Source of the DNA: an uncultured Pseudolysinimonas sp.
GTDB taxonomy: Bacteria; Actinomycetota; Actinomycetes; Actinomycetales; Microbacteriaceae
Direction of reading: 5' to 3'
DNA length: 64,000 nt
NCBI GenBank assembly: GCA_965653335.1
Contig: CBFGZU010000001.1
Location: 8,495 to 72,494 of the forward strand
Below, one piece after another: positions 46,926 through 55,265 of this stretch. The first letter of the stretch is position 1; every line of letters begins with the position of its first letter. The notes beneath the pieces are model-generated. The model was given only the letters and a program-made list of their open reading frames with translations, did no database searches and was not told the origin of the DNA. A program made the position numbers and the translations under genes.

Positions 46926-48206
46926 TTACGGCTGAGGAGTGCTCTCGGCGATCGCGAGAACCGCGTCAGCGAGACGATCGGCGATGTCGGTCACGACCTT
47001 GTCATCCATCGGCGTGGAGAGCGAGAGCAGGTTGGCGGGCGAGGGCAGGAGGCCGCGCTCGTAGGATGCCCACCAGAGGCGGTGCTGCACGCTCTCCTCG
47101 ACCTTCTGCGCTCCGGCAGGAACCGCGCGCAGCAGCGAGCCGCGCCCCCGGATCTCCCAGCCGGCACCCTGGACCCGAGCGTTCACGGTCTCGCGCGCGG
47201 TGTCGCCGAGCCGGTTGAGGCGCTGAATCTCGTCTTCCGTGAGCAACCGCATCGCGACGGCACCCGCGGCCATACTCACCGGGTTTCCCGAGAAGGTGCC
47301 GCCGTGAGGCAGGCTGCCGGGCCGCGTGGGATCCACTTCGGCCATCAGCTCGCCCTTGCCGGCGACGGCGCCGACCGGGAAGCCGCCGCCGATCAGCTTG
47401 CCGGCGGTGAGCAGGTCGGGAACGATGCCGTACTCGCCGCTCAGGCCCCGGAATCCGAGCCGCAGGCTGATCACCTCGTCGATGATCAGCACGATGCCGT
47501 AGCGCGTCGCGAGGTCGCGAGCCGTGCGCACGAACTCCTCGGTGATGTGCAGGAGACCGGCGCGGTTCGGCAGCAGATCGAGGATGATCGCGGCATACGC
47601 CTCGGGGGCGGCTTCGACGGACTGCACGAGGAACTCGATGTCGTTGAGCGGCACCGCCGTGACGTCGTCGATCACTCCCTGCGGAACGCCTCGCGTGTAG
47701 GCAGGGCCACCGGGGACGAGGGCGACCTCGGACGTTCCGTGATACCCGCCCTTCGTCACGAGCACCTTCTCGCGACCGGTGCTGGCGCGCGCGATACGAA
47801 TCGCCGACATCACGGCTTCGGTGCCGGAGTTGGTGAAGCGAACCTGGTCGAGGCCGGGCAGCCGCAGCAGGAACAGCTCGGCCGACTCCCACTCGTAGCG
47901 GTTCGGGATGCCCCAGCTCGCACCCGACGAGAGCGCCTTGATCGCGGCCGCCGTGATCTCGGGGTGCGCGTTTCCGTGGATGAGCGACGTGAAGTTGTTG
48001 TTGACGTCGATGAGCTCGCGTCCGCGGTCATCCCAGACTCGGTAGCCTTCGCCGCGAATCGCGTACGGACTCGGCGCGCCGGTGTAGTACGTCGAACGTC
48101 CGTATCCCCCGGGAAGCAGCGGGAATCCGCGAGGGCCGCGACGGAGGTGAGGATCGCTATCGGATCCGCCGATGCCGACAGGATCAGTGTGGTGCGTGGT
48201 GGTCAC
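46926..48206 (-). CDS. Class III PLP aminotransferase (GSA-aminomutase-like)
   Basis: NSGTEA, GGYHG, IIDEV, PLP lysine in AGKLIGGGFPVG, HGGTFSGNP. Confidence 0.9.
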   Translation of the reverse strand: MTTTHHTDPVGIGGSDSDPHLRRGPRGFPLLPGGYGRSTYYTGAPSPYAIRGEGYRVWDDRGRELIDVNNNFTSLIHGNAHPEITAAAIKALSSGASWGIPNRYEWESAELFLLRLPGLDQVRFTNSGTEAVMSAIRIARASTGREKVLVTKGGYHGTSEVALVPGGPAYTRGVPQGVIDDVTAVPLNDIEFLVQSVEAAPEAYAAIILDLLPNRAGLLHITEEFVRTARDLATRYGIVLIIDEVISLRLGFRGLSGEYGIVPDLLTAGKLIGGGFPVGAVAGKGELMAEVDPTRPGSLPHGGTFSGNPVSMAAGAVAMRLLTEDEIQRLNRLGDTARETVNARVQGAGWEIRGRGSLLRAVPAGAQKVEESVQHRLWWASYERGLLPSPANLLSLSTPMDDKVVTDIADRLADAVLAIAESTPQP

Positions 48207-48222
48207 TTCTACTCTCCGCTCG

Positions 48223-49170
48223 TCAGTTCACGACATCGATCAGCGGCTGATCGGTGAGGGCCAGCCGAACACGCTCGACCGCGCCGTCCTGCAACGCCCC
48301 GGTCGACCGGTCGGAGCGCCACGCGATGTGTGGGGTGAGGATGGTGTTCGGCGCATCGCGCAGCGGGTGCTCGGGCTCGAGCGGCTCTTGCGCGAAGGTG
48401 TCGATTCCGGCGCCCGCGATGTGTCCCGATGCGAGCGCTTCGGAGAGGGCGATCTCGTCGATGAGACCGCCGCGCGACACGTTGACGATCGTCGCGCCTT
48501 TGCGCATTCTGGCCAGCACACCGCTGTCGACGAGGTGCTGGGTGTCTTTCGTCAGCGGAAGATGCAGCGAGACGACATCCGAGTTCTCGAGCACGTCGGC
48601 GAGGTCGGCCATCTCGACGAAGCTCTCGGTGACGAAGGGGTCGTAGCCGCGAACCCGGGCGCCGACGGCCGTCCACATCCGTGCGACGTGCTGCCCGATC
48701 CGTCCCATGCCGACGACACCGACTTCGAGCTCCGACAGAACCGGCGTGTCGAAGCCGATGATGCCGGCCCAGCTCAGGGCTCGGATCGCCGCGTCGCCCG
48801 CCGGCAGCCGCCGAGCGAGCGCGAGGCCCATCGCGAACGCGTGAGAAGCCACCTCTTCGGAGGCGGTGCCCGGAACGATCGACACCGGGATGCCGGCCTC
48901 CTTCGCGGCATCGACATCGATGTTGTCGTAGCCGATCCCGTAGCGGATCACGGCCCGGCATTTCGCCATGACGGGGAAGTCGGCGGCGGTGAGGCGCGCG
49001 TACGGCGTGATCATGACGATCTCCGCATGCGGAAGCTGGGCCCGGAACTCGTCGACATCGGCGGCGGCGACGAGTTCGTAGTCGAACTCCTTCGCGAGCG
49101 CGATCTCGCGGTTCAGATCCGGGAAGTGGTGAGGCGCCACCAAAATGGTTCCCTGGCCAGCGCGGTTCAT
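48223..49170 (-). CDS. 2-hydroxyacid dehydrogenase (CtBP/SerA-like)
   Basis: RYGIGYDNID, GMGRIG, HLPLT, NVSRG, EP, TPHIAW; alternative GTG start at 49215. Confidence 0.88.
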   Translation of the reverse strand: MNRAGQGTILVAPHHFPDLNREIALAKEFDYELVAAADVDEFRAQLPHAEIVMITPYARLTAADFPVMAKCRAVIRYGIGYDNIDVDAAKEAGIPVSIVPGTASEEVASHAFAMGLALARRLPAGDAAIRALSWAGIIGFDTPVLSELEVGVVGMGRIGQHVARMWTAVGARVRGYDPFVTESFVEMADLADVLENSDVVSLHLPLTKDTQHLVDSGVLARMRKGATIVNVSRGGLIDEIALSEALASGHIAGAGIDTFAQEPLEPEHPLRDAPNTILTPHIAWRSDRSTGALQDGAVERVRLALTDQPLIDVVN

Positions 49171-49265
49171 CTTCTGCCGTCCTGTTCGTGTCGGTGGATC
49201 GTTCTCAAGCGTCACCTGAGTCAGGTGTCGTCCCTCTATTACACGGGGCCACGGCGCACGTCATC

Positions 49266-49282
49266 CGTGCCAAATCGGTACA
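49266..49282. promoter_or_regulatory. Island regulon site 6 (upstream of the dehydrogenase-aminotransferase-FAH-hydantoinase operon)
   Basis: CGTGCCAAATCGGTACA; minus-strand TGTAAT 22 nt downstream. Confidence 0.65.
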
Positions 49283-49349
49283 CATCTGATACGCCGCGAA
49301 ACGGCTCGACGCTCTCGAGGGGTCCGGGGCGACCAACCCCGGGAGATGA

Positions 49350-51137
49350 CTAGACATCGAAGCCGCGGCTGCGGAAGTAATCCATCCTGCGATAGAGGGT
49401 GGATCGGCCGATCTCGAGCATCTCGGCCGCGAGACGTCGATTGCCGTCGGCCTCTCGAAGCGCGCTGCGGAGTTCGCTCAGTTCGGCATCCTCGAGCCGT
49501 GAGAGCCGCCCGCCGTTGGTGACCGTCTGGAACCCGTGCGGAAGGTCGTCGACGAGGGCTTCGGGACCTTCGGCGCGCGCGAGCGCGTGAGACAACACGC
49601 CGCGCAGCTGGTCGACGTTGCGGGGCCAGTCGGCGTTGGTGAGCGTCGCGATGAGGTTGCGCGACAGGGTGCGGTCGCCGAGTTCCGCGGCGATCGCGTC
49701 GGCGATCGCCGGGATGTCTTCCCGACGCGCGCGCAACGGTGCCACCGGAATCTCGAGGGCGTCGCACGCGTCGACCAGCAGCTGGGTCGACTCGGTCGGC
49801 CGCGTACTGGTGAGGATGAGCACGGTGCGCGGGTTGTGGCGCACGTGATGCGCGATCTCGGTGGCGTCGAGCGCGGAGAGTTCGTCGGCGCCTTCGATGA
49901 TGAGAGTCGCGGGAGCGACCTCGGCGGCCGTGCGAAGCACGTCGCGGAGGCGTGGATCCCGCGGTGCACGGTTGGCCACGTCGATGTCGAGATAGTCGCC
50001 GCGCAGTGCGGCCATGGCGTCGGCCAGTCGGCGCTTGCCGCATCCGGCTTCGCCGATGATGGCGACCGACCGGGACTGTTCGATCGCCGTACGTGCCAGG
50101 CCCACGGCGCGCTGATGCGACGTGCTCGTTCCCGCGAGGCCCGCGAGCGGGTCGTTCGCTTCGGCGCGGGTCGCCGCGTCGTCGGTCGTCGTCGGGATGT
50201 CGGCGACGCGAGCGCGCGAACGCGGCTTGACGACGATGATCGCACCGGCGTTGGCGTCGGAGTGCATCACGGGCGACACTTCGAGCGTCGCATTGCCGAC
50301 GCCCTTGAGGGTCACTTCGCGGGTCAGATCGCGACCCGACGACATGACCTCTTTCGCATAGCCGAGGATGACCGAGAAGTCGCTGTCTTCGAGCGAGCTC
50401 GTCGCACGCGAGTTCATGAGCGAGTTCTTGCCGTCGACTCCGATCACGGCGGAGTTTCCGCGACGCCGCGACACGGTGAGGTACTCGTGGAGCAGGGCGC
50501 GTTCCTTCGACGAGGTGCGGTTCTCGATCTCGCGCTCGATGCGCGACGTGACTCCTTCGAGCATGAGCAGCGTCGAGCCCGGATCCATCCGGCTCACCCG
50601 CGAGGCGGGGAGGGTCAATCCGATGACCGCGCGGACGCGATTGTGGAACGGATCCCGGATGAGCGACGCGAAGCACCAGTTGGCGCGCATGTCCTCCCGG
50701 AAATGCTCCTCGGGAGCGAGCCAGACCGCTCGTCCCTCTTCGATGGCGAGCCCTTCGCCGTTGCTGCCGCAACTCTCTTCCAGCAGCGAGTACCCCACCG
50801 GGAAGCCGTCCTCGTCGCGGAGGAAGGTGGGTTTCACGAGCGCTCCGCTCGGCGCCGTCAGACTCACGTATCCGCCGATGTCGGCGGCGACCTCGTCGAG
50901 CTTCAGCAGGTGCGGGGCGGCCGCTTGACTCGTCGGTTCGTCGACGCGTCCTTTGTCGAAGATCGCGCGGTCGGCGACGGGGTCGACCCCGGCCGCGCGG
51001 CTTCGGAGCCAGGATCGGGCGACGACCGGCCGAACGCCCGTGAGATCGTCGCTGGAGCGGCTCAGGTACAGGTCGCGAACGCGAGCGACGTGGCGGAACC
51101 CTCGGTGAGCTTCGGGGATGCGCAACTCCGTCGCCAT
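49350..51137 (-). CDS. GAF / degenerate AAA+ / Fis-HTH transcriptional activator (AcoR-like architecture)
   Basis: SWLRS, EESCGSNGEGLA, GEAGCGK, PLRARREDI, WPRNVDQL, GNRRLAAEMLEIGRSTLYRR; no GAFTGA; AAGGAGG RBS. Confidence 0.9.
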   Translation of the reverse strand: MATELRIPEAHRGFRHVARVRDLYLSRSSDDLTGVRPVVARSWLRSRAAGVDPVADRAIFDKGRVDEPTSQAAAPHLLKLDEVAADIGGYVSLTAPSGALVKPTFLRDEDGFPVGYSLLEESCGSNGEGLAIEEGRAVWLAPEEHFREDMRANWCFASLIRDPFHNRVRAVIGLTLPASRVSRMDPGSTLLMLEGVTSRIEREIENRTSSKERALLHEYLTVSRRRGNSAVIGVDGKNSLMNSRATSSLEDSDFSVILGYAKEVMSSGRDLTREVTLKGVGNATLEVSPVMHSDANAGAIIVVKPRSRARVADIPTTTDDAATRAEANDPLAGLAGTSTSHQRAVGLARTAIEQSRSVAIIGEAGCGKRRLADAMAALRGDYLDIDVANRAPRDPRLRDVLRTAAEVAPATLIIEGADELSALDATEIAHHVRHNPRTVLILTSTRPTESTQLLVDACDALEIPVAPLRARREDIPAIADAIAAELGDRTLSRNLIATLTNADWPRNVDQLRGVLSHALARAEGPEALVDDLPHGFQTVTNGGRLSRLEDAELSELRSALREADGNRRLAAEMLEIGRSTLYRRMDYFRSRGFDV

Positions 51138-51344
51138 GCGAGAGCCTCCTTGTTCTCGATCCGAGGTGTCCGAAAAGTAGCACAGACCGATCGGCGAATT
51201 CGTTGGATTTCTGCACAACACGAGCCGCGTCTATTGGTGACACCTCGAAACCGGTCGGCGCCCCTCACGAGGGTGCCGACGCGCCCCGCTCGGCTGGGCG
51301 TTCGCCCCCGGCCGCCTCGCAGAGGCGACCGATACGCTGAGGCC

Positions 51345-52115
51345 ATGTTCAGCCTCCCCGCCGCCGCGAACGGTCTCATCCCCTGGCTCGACCCGGCCGC
51401 GATCATCCAGGCCGCCGGGCCCTGGGCCTTGCTCGTGGTCTGCCTCATCGTGTTCGCCGAGACGGCATTGCTCGTCGGCTTCATCCTGCCGGGCGACACC
51501 CTGCTCGTCATCACCGGACTCCTGACATTCACCGGCACGATGACGGTGAGTCAGGCGGGCATCCTCATCCCCATCTGGCTCGTCTGCCTCTGCATCGCGG
51601 TCGCGGCGTTCGTCGGCGGCGAAGTGGGCTACATCATCGGCCACAAGGCAGGGCCGCGCATCTTCGAGCGACGCGAGAGCGGCTTCTTCTCGAAAGACAA
51701 CGTCATCCGCACCAACAAATTCTTCGATCGCTTCGGACCGCTCGCGGTGATCATCGCGCGCTTCGTGCCGGTCGTGCGCACCATTACCCCGATCGCTGCG
51801 GGCGTCGGCCACATGAATTACCGCAAGTACTCGCTCTACAACGGGATCGGCGCACTCATCTGGGGCGCGGGACTCACGTTCGGCGGCTTCCTGCTCGGTT
51901 TCATCCCGCCCGTCGCCGAGTTCGTCACCGAGTACATCGACCTCATCCTGTTGTTCGCCGTCGCGTGCGCGATCGTGCCCACGGCGTACCACTACATCTC
52001 ATCGAGCCTGAAGGCCCGCAAGGCGCGACGCCTCGGCGTTCCGCCGCTCGGTGACTCCGAGGCGATCGCCGACATCTTCGAAGAGGGTCAGTCGGGGCGT
52101 CTCAAGGAGCGCTGA
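51345..52115 (+). CDS. DedA/VTT-family membrane protein
   Basis: FAETALLVGFILPGDTLL, ARFVPVVRT..P..AG; TACGCT 6 nt before the ATG. Confidence 0.92.
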   Translation: MFSLPAAANGLIPWLDPAAIIQAAGPWALLVVCLIVFAETALLVGFILPGDTLLVITGLLTFTGTMTVSQAGILIPIWLVCLCIAVAAFVGGEVGYIIGHKAGPRIFERRESGFFSKDNVIRTNKFFDRFGPLAVIIARFVPVVRTITPIAAGVGHMNYRKYSLYNGIGALIWGAGLTFGGFLLGFIPPVAEFVTEYIDLILLFAVACAIVPTAYHYISSSLKARKARRLGVPPLGDSEAIADIFEEGQSGRLKER

Positions 52116-52965
52116 CCCGGCGCCGCGCGGCGGCGAGCCGGGAGAGTACGCCGTGCCGCGGTGCGACGAGGAACGCGAGCGTGAACAGCACCCCCTGGAC
52201 GAGCACGATCATGCCGCCCGAGGCGACGTCGAGCCAGTAGCTCAAGTAGATGCCGACGATGGCGGATGCCGCGGCCGTCGCGGGCGCGATCACGAGCATG
52301 CGACCGAACCGCTCGGTCACCAGGAACGCCGTCGCGCCCGGGATGATCAGCAGAGCGACGACGAGCACGACGCCGACCACCTGCAGGGCGACGACCGCGG
52401 TCACCGCGAGCAGCCCCAGGAGCAGCGCTCCGAGCACGCGAGGCGACAGCCCGATCGCGTGCGCGTGGGTGGGGTCGAAAGCGTAAAGGGTGAGGTCGCG
52501 GCGCTTGAGGAGCAGCACCGCGATCGCGACGACCGCGAGAATCGCGACCTGCACGACGTCGCCCGTCGACACCCCGAGGATGTTGCCGAACACGATGTGC
52601 GCCAGATCGGTCTGGCTGGGGGTGACCGAGATCAGCACCAGTCCGAGCGCGAACAGCACGGTGAAGACGATGCCGATCGCGGCATCCTCTCGAATGCGTC
52701 CCGGTGAACGCACGGCGCCGATGAGCACGACGGCGAGGATGCCGAAGACGATCGCGCCGAGCGCGAACGGCGCGCCGACGACGTAGGCGAGCACGACGCC
52801 GGGGAGTACCGCGTGCGACACGGCGTCGCCCATGAGCGACCAGCCGATGAGCACGAGCCAGCACGACAGGAGCGCGCACACCACGGCGGCGAGCACGCTC
52901 GTGACGAGGGCGCGCACCATGAAGTCGTAGGCGAGCGGTTCGAGCAGAAAGTCGAGGGGATTCAC
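52102..52965 (-). CDS. Mn/Fe/Zn ABC transporter permease
   Basis: SLMGDAVSHAVLPG, EDAAIG, FDP, VG..LV.ALLIIPGATA. Confidence 0.92.
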   Translation of the reverse strand: MNPLDFLLEPLAYDFMVRALVTSVLAAVVCALLSCWLVLIGWSLMGDAVSHAVLPGVVLAYVVGAPFALGAIVFGILAVVLIGAVRSPGRIREDAAIGIVFTVLFALGLVLISVTPSQTDLAHIVFGNILGVSTGDVVQVAILAVVAIAVLLLKRRDLTLYAFDPTHAHAIGLSPRVLGALLLGLLAVTAVVALQVVGVVLVVALLIIPGATAFLVTERFGRMLVIAPATAAASAIVGIYLSYWLDVASGGMIVLVQGVLFTLAFLVAPRHGVLSRLAAARRRVSAP

Positions 52966-53696
52966 GATCGGCTCCCGGTGTCGCCGAGACCGAAGGCGCG
53001 ACTCAGGTTCTCGGGGGTGAGCACCTCGGCGGGAGTGCCGTGCACGAGCACGCGCCGCAACAGCAGGATCGCTTCGTCGGCGAGGTCGGTGACCGCGGCG
53101 AGGTCATGCGTCGTCACGAGCACCGTGCGCCCTTCGGCCGCGAGGTCGCGGAGCAGCCGCACGATCGTCGCTTCGGAGGGCTTGTCGACACCCGCGAACG
53201 GCTCGTCGAGCAGCAGGATGCCGGCATCCTGCGCGATTCCGCGGGCGACGAACGCGCGCTTGCGCTGCCCGCCCGAGAGCCGGCCGATCTGCCGGTCGGC
53301 GAGGTCGGTGAGGTCGACGCGGGCGATCGCGTCGGCGACGGCAGCGCGGTCCTCGGCGCGCGGGTGCCGCGTGAGACCCTGCCGGCCGTAGCGCCCCATC
53401 ATGACGACGTCGCGCACCGACACCGGGAATCGCCAGTCGACGTCTTCGCTCTGCGGAACGTAGGCGAGAACGCCGCGGCGCCGGGCGGCCGCGGGCGGCT
53501 CACCGGCGACGCGCACCGCACCGCTCGTGGGCCGCACGAGGCCGACGATGGCCTTGAGCAGGGTCGATTTGCCGGAGCCGTTCATCCCGATGAGCGCACA
53601 GACCCGTCCGGGCTTGAGGTCGAGGTCGACCCCGTCGAGCGCGACGACGTCGCCGTAGCGCACCGACAGCCCGTCGACCGCGATGGCCGAGGTCAT
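52962..53696 (-). CDS. Metal ABC transporter ATP-binding protein
   Basis: GMNGSGKST, YVPQ, LSGGQ, LLDEPFAGVD. Confidence 0.93.
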   Translation of the reverse strand: MTSAIAVDGLSVRYGDVVALDGVDLDLKPGRVCALIGMNGSGKSTLLKAIVGLVRPTSGAVRVAGEPPAAARRRGVLAYVPQSEDVDWRFPVSVRDVVMMGRYGRQGLTRHPRAEDRAAVADAIARVDLTDLADRQIGRLSGGQRKRAFVARGIAQDAGILLLDEPFAGVDKPSEATIVRLLRDLAAEGRTVLVTTHDLAAVTDLADEAILLLRRVLVHGTPAEVLTPENLSRAFGLGDTGSRS

Positions 53697-54610
53697 CCGG
53701 CGCTCCCGGCGAGCGCATCGGTGATCGCGGTCGCGTTGTAGCGGATGAGGTCGAGGTAGGTCGGCACCGGGCCGTCTTCCGCCGAGAGCGAGTCGACGTA
53801 CAGCACGCCCCCGAACGCGGTGCCGGTCGCGTCGACGACCTGCCGCATGGCGCGGTCGGAGACGGTCGACTCGCAGAACACCGCCGGGATGCCGTCGGCC
53901 TTCACGGTGTCGATGACGGCGGCGATCTGCTGCGGCGTGGCTTGCTGCTCAGCGTTGACCGGCCAGATGTAGACCTCGGTCAGGCCCGTGTCACGCGTGA
54001 GATAGGAGAACGCCCCTTCGCACGTCACGAGCGCGCGAGCTCCCCGCGGCAGCGTCGCGAGTCGCGCGACGAGGTCGTCTTGCACGGCACGCAGCTCTGC
54101 CGCGTACGACTGCCCGTTCGCCGCGTAGTCGTCTGCGTGCTCGGGGTCGAGCTCCGAGAAGGCGGCGACGAGGTTGTCGACGTAGATCTCGACGTTGAGG
54201 GGCGACATCCAGGCGTGCGGGTTCGGTCGTCCCGCGTACGCGTCCGCCGCGATGTCGATGGGTTCGACGCCGTCGGACACCGTCACCCGGGGGGCGTCGA
54301 CATCCTGCAGGAACTGCTCGAACCACGCCTCGAGCCCGAGCCCATTGTCGACGATGAGGTCGGCGCCCGCCGCGCGCCGCAGATCGCCGGGGGTCGGCTC
54401 GTACCCGTGGATCTCGGCTCCGACCTTGGTGATCGATTCGATGTCGAGGTGGTCACCCGCGACGTTGCGGGCGATGTCGGCGATGACCGTGAAGGTCGTG
54501 AGCACGAGCGGGCGCTCCTTCGGCGCCGCGTCGGGCGTCCCGCACCCCGCGAGCGCCGCGACGAGGAGCGCGGCGATCGGGATGATCACCCGACGACGAA
54601 ATTTCGGCAC
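53693..54610 (-). CDS. Metal ABC substrate-binding lipoprotein (SitA/MntA/TroA-like)
   Basis: Lipobox LAGC, EIHGYEPTP, NPHAWMS, CEGAFSY, YVDSLS. Confidence 0.93.
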   Translation of the reverse strand: MPKFRRRVIIPIAALLVAALAGCGTPDAAPKERPLVLTTFTVIADIARNVAGDHLDIESITKVGAEIHGYEPTPGDLRRAAGADLIVDNGLGLEAWFEQFLQDVDAPRVTVSDGVEPIDIAADAYAGRPNPHAWMSPLNVEIYVDNLVAAFSELDPEHADDYAANGQSYAAELRAVQDDLVARLATLPRGARALVTCEGAFSYLTRDTGLTEVYIWPVNAEQQATPQQIAAVIDTVKADGIPAVFCESTVSDRAMRQVVDATGTAFGGVLYVDSLSAEDGPVPTYLDLIRYNATAITDALAGSAG

Positions 54611-54644
54611 ACCGAAACTCTACCGAATTCTTCGGGCGCCCGAA
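54602..54644. promoter_or_regulatory. Two palindromic MntR/DtxR-type boxes flanking the -10 of the metal ABC operon
   Basis: TTTCGG-CACA-CCGAAA (54602-54617) and TTCGGGCGCCCGAA (54631-54644); minus-strand TAGAGT 6 nt before GTG 54610. Confidence 0.75.
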
Positions 54645-54646
54645 AT

Positions 54647-55261
54647 CTACGGTTCGTCGACCACCCAGACGGCACGCGCCGCCTCAGTCGGCAGCCCGCC
54701 CGGGTCGATCCGGCTGCCCACCCCGATGCCCCGGCCCTCCAGCAGCCGCAGCACGCCGGGGTCGCTGTCGCTGATCCGCACGACGCGCAGCGAGGAGGCC
54801 GTTCCGACCTCGCTCAACCTCACGCCGCGGATCGGCGACACCACGCCATCGGCGCTCGGAATCGGATCGCCGTGCGGATCGGCGGTCGGATGCCCCAGCC
54901 GGGCGTCGATCGCGTCGACCATCCTGTCGCTCACGACGTGCTCGAGCACCTCGGCCTCGTCATGCACCTCGTCCCAGCCGTAGCCGAACTCGCTCACGAG
55001 CCAGGTCTCGATCAGACGGTGACGCCGCACCATCCGCAGCGCCTCCGTGCGGCCGGCCGGGGTGAGCACGATCGTGCCGTAGAGCGCATGCTCGACGAGA
55101 CCCTGAACCGTGAGCTTCTTCACCATCTCGGTGACGCTCGACGGAGCCAGGCCGAGCCGCGCGGCGAGTTGCGACGACGTCATCGCGTCCGGCTGCCACT
55201 CGGTGTGGGCGTAGATGACCTTGAGATAGTTCTCGGCGACGGTCGAGAGCGTCCCGGGCAC
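54647..55261 (-). CDS. mntR: DtxR/MntR-family metal-dependent regulator
   Basis: ENYLKVIY, SSVTEMVKKL, RRHRLIETWL, VHDEAEVLEH, DPHGDPIP. Confidence 0.9.
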   Translation of the reverse strand: MPGTLSTVAENYLKVIYAHTEWQPDAMTSSQLAARLGLAPSSVTEMVKKLTVQGLVEHALYGTIVLTPAGRTEALRMVRRHRLIETWLVSEFGYGWDEVHDEAEVLEHVVSDRMVDAIDARLGHPTADPHGDPIPSADGVVSPIRGVRLSEVGTASSLRVVRISDSDPGVLRLLEGRGIGVGSRIDPGGLPTEAARAVWVVDEP

Positions 55262-55265
55262 GGAC

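Larger units (their letters stand above)
21233..51137. mobile_element. Putative tRNA-anchored catabolic genomic island (no integrase visible)
   Basis: Begins 2 nt after the last tRNA 3' copy; only catabolic, transport and regulatory genes; shared promoter motif; core-like genes resume at dedA; right boundary not defined by a repeat. Confidence 0.55.

Noticed and set aside
46926-48206. Housekeeping hemL call
   Set aside because: The fold motifs match, but the context is catabolic with no hem genes; left as a class III aminotransferase.
51140-51344. Right-hand att site or integrase for the island
   Set aside because: No copy of the tRNA 3' sequence and no recombinase gene seen; only a GC hairpin at 51254-51280, so the right boundary stays unproven.
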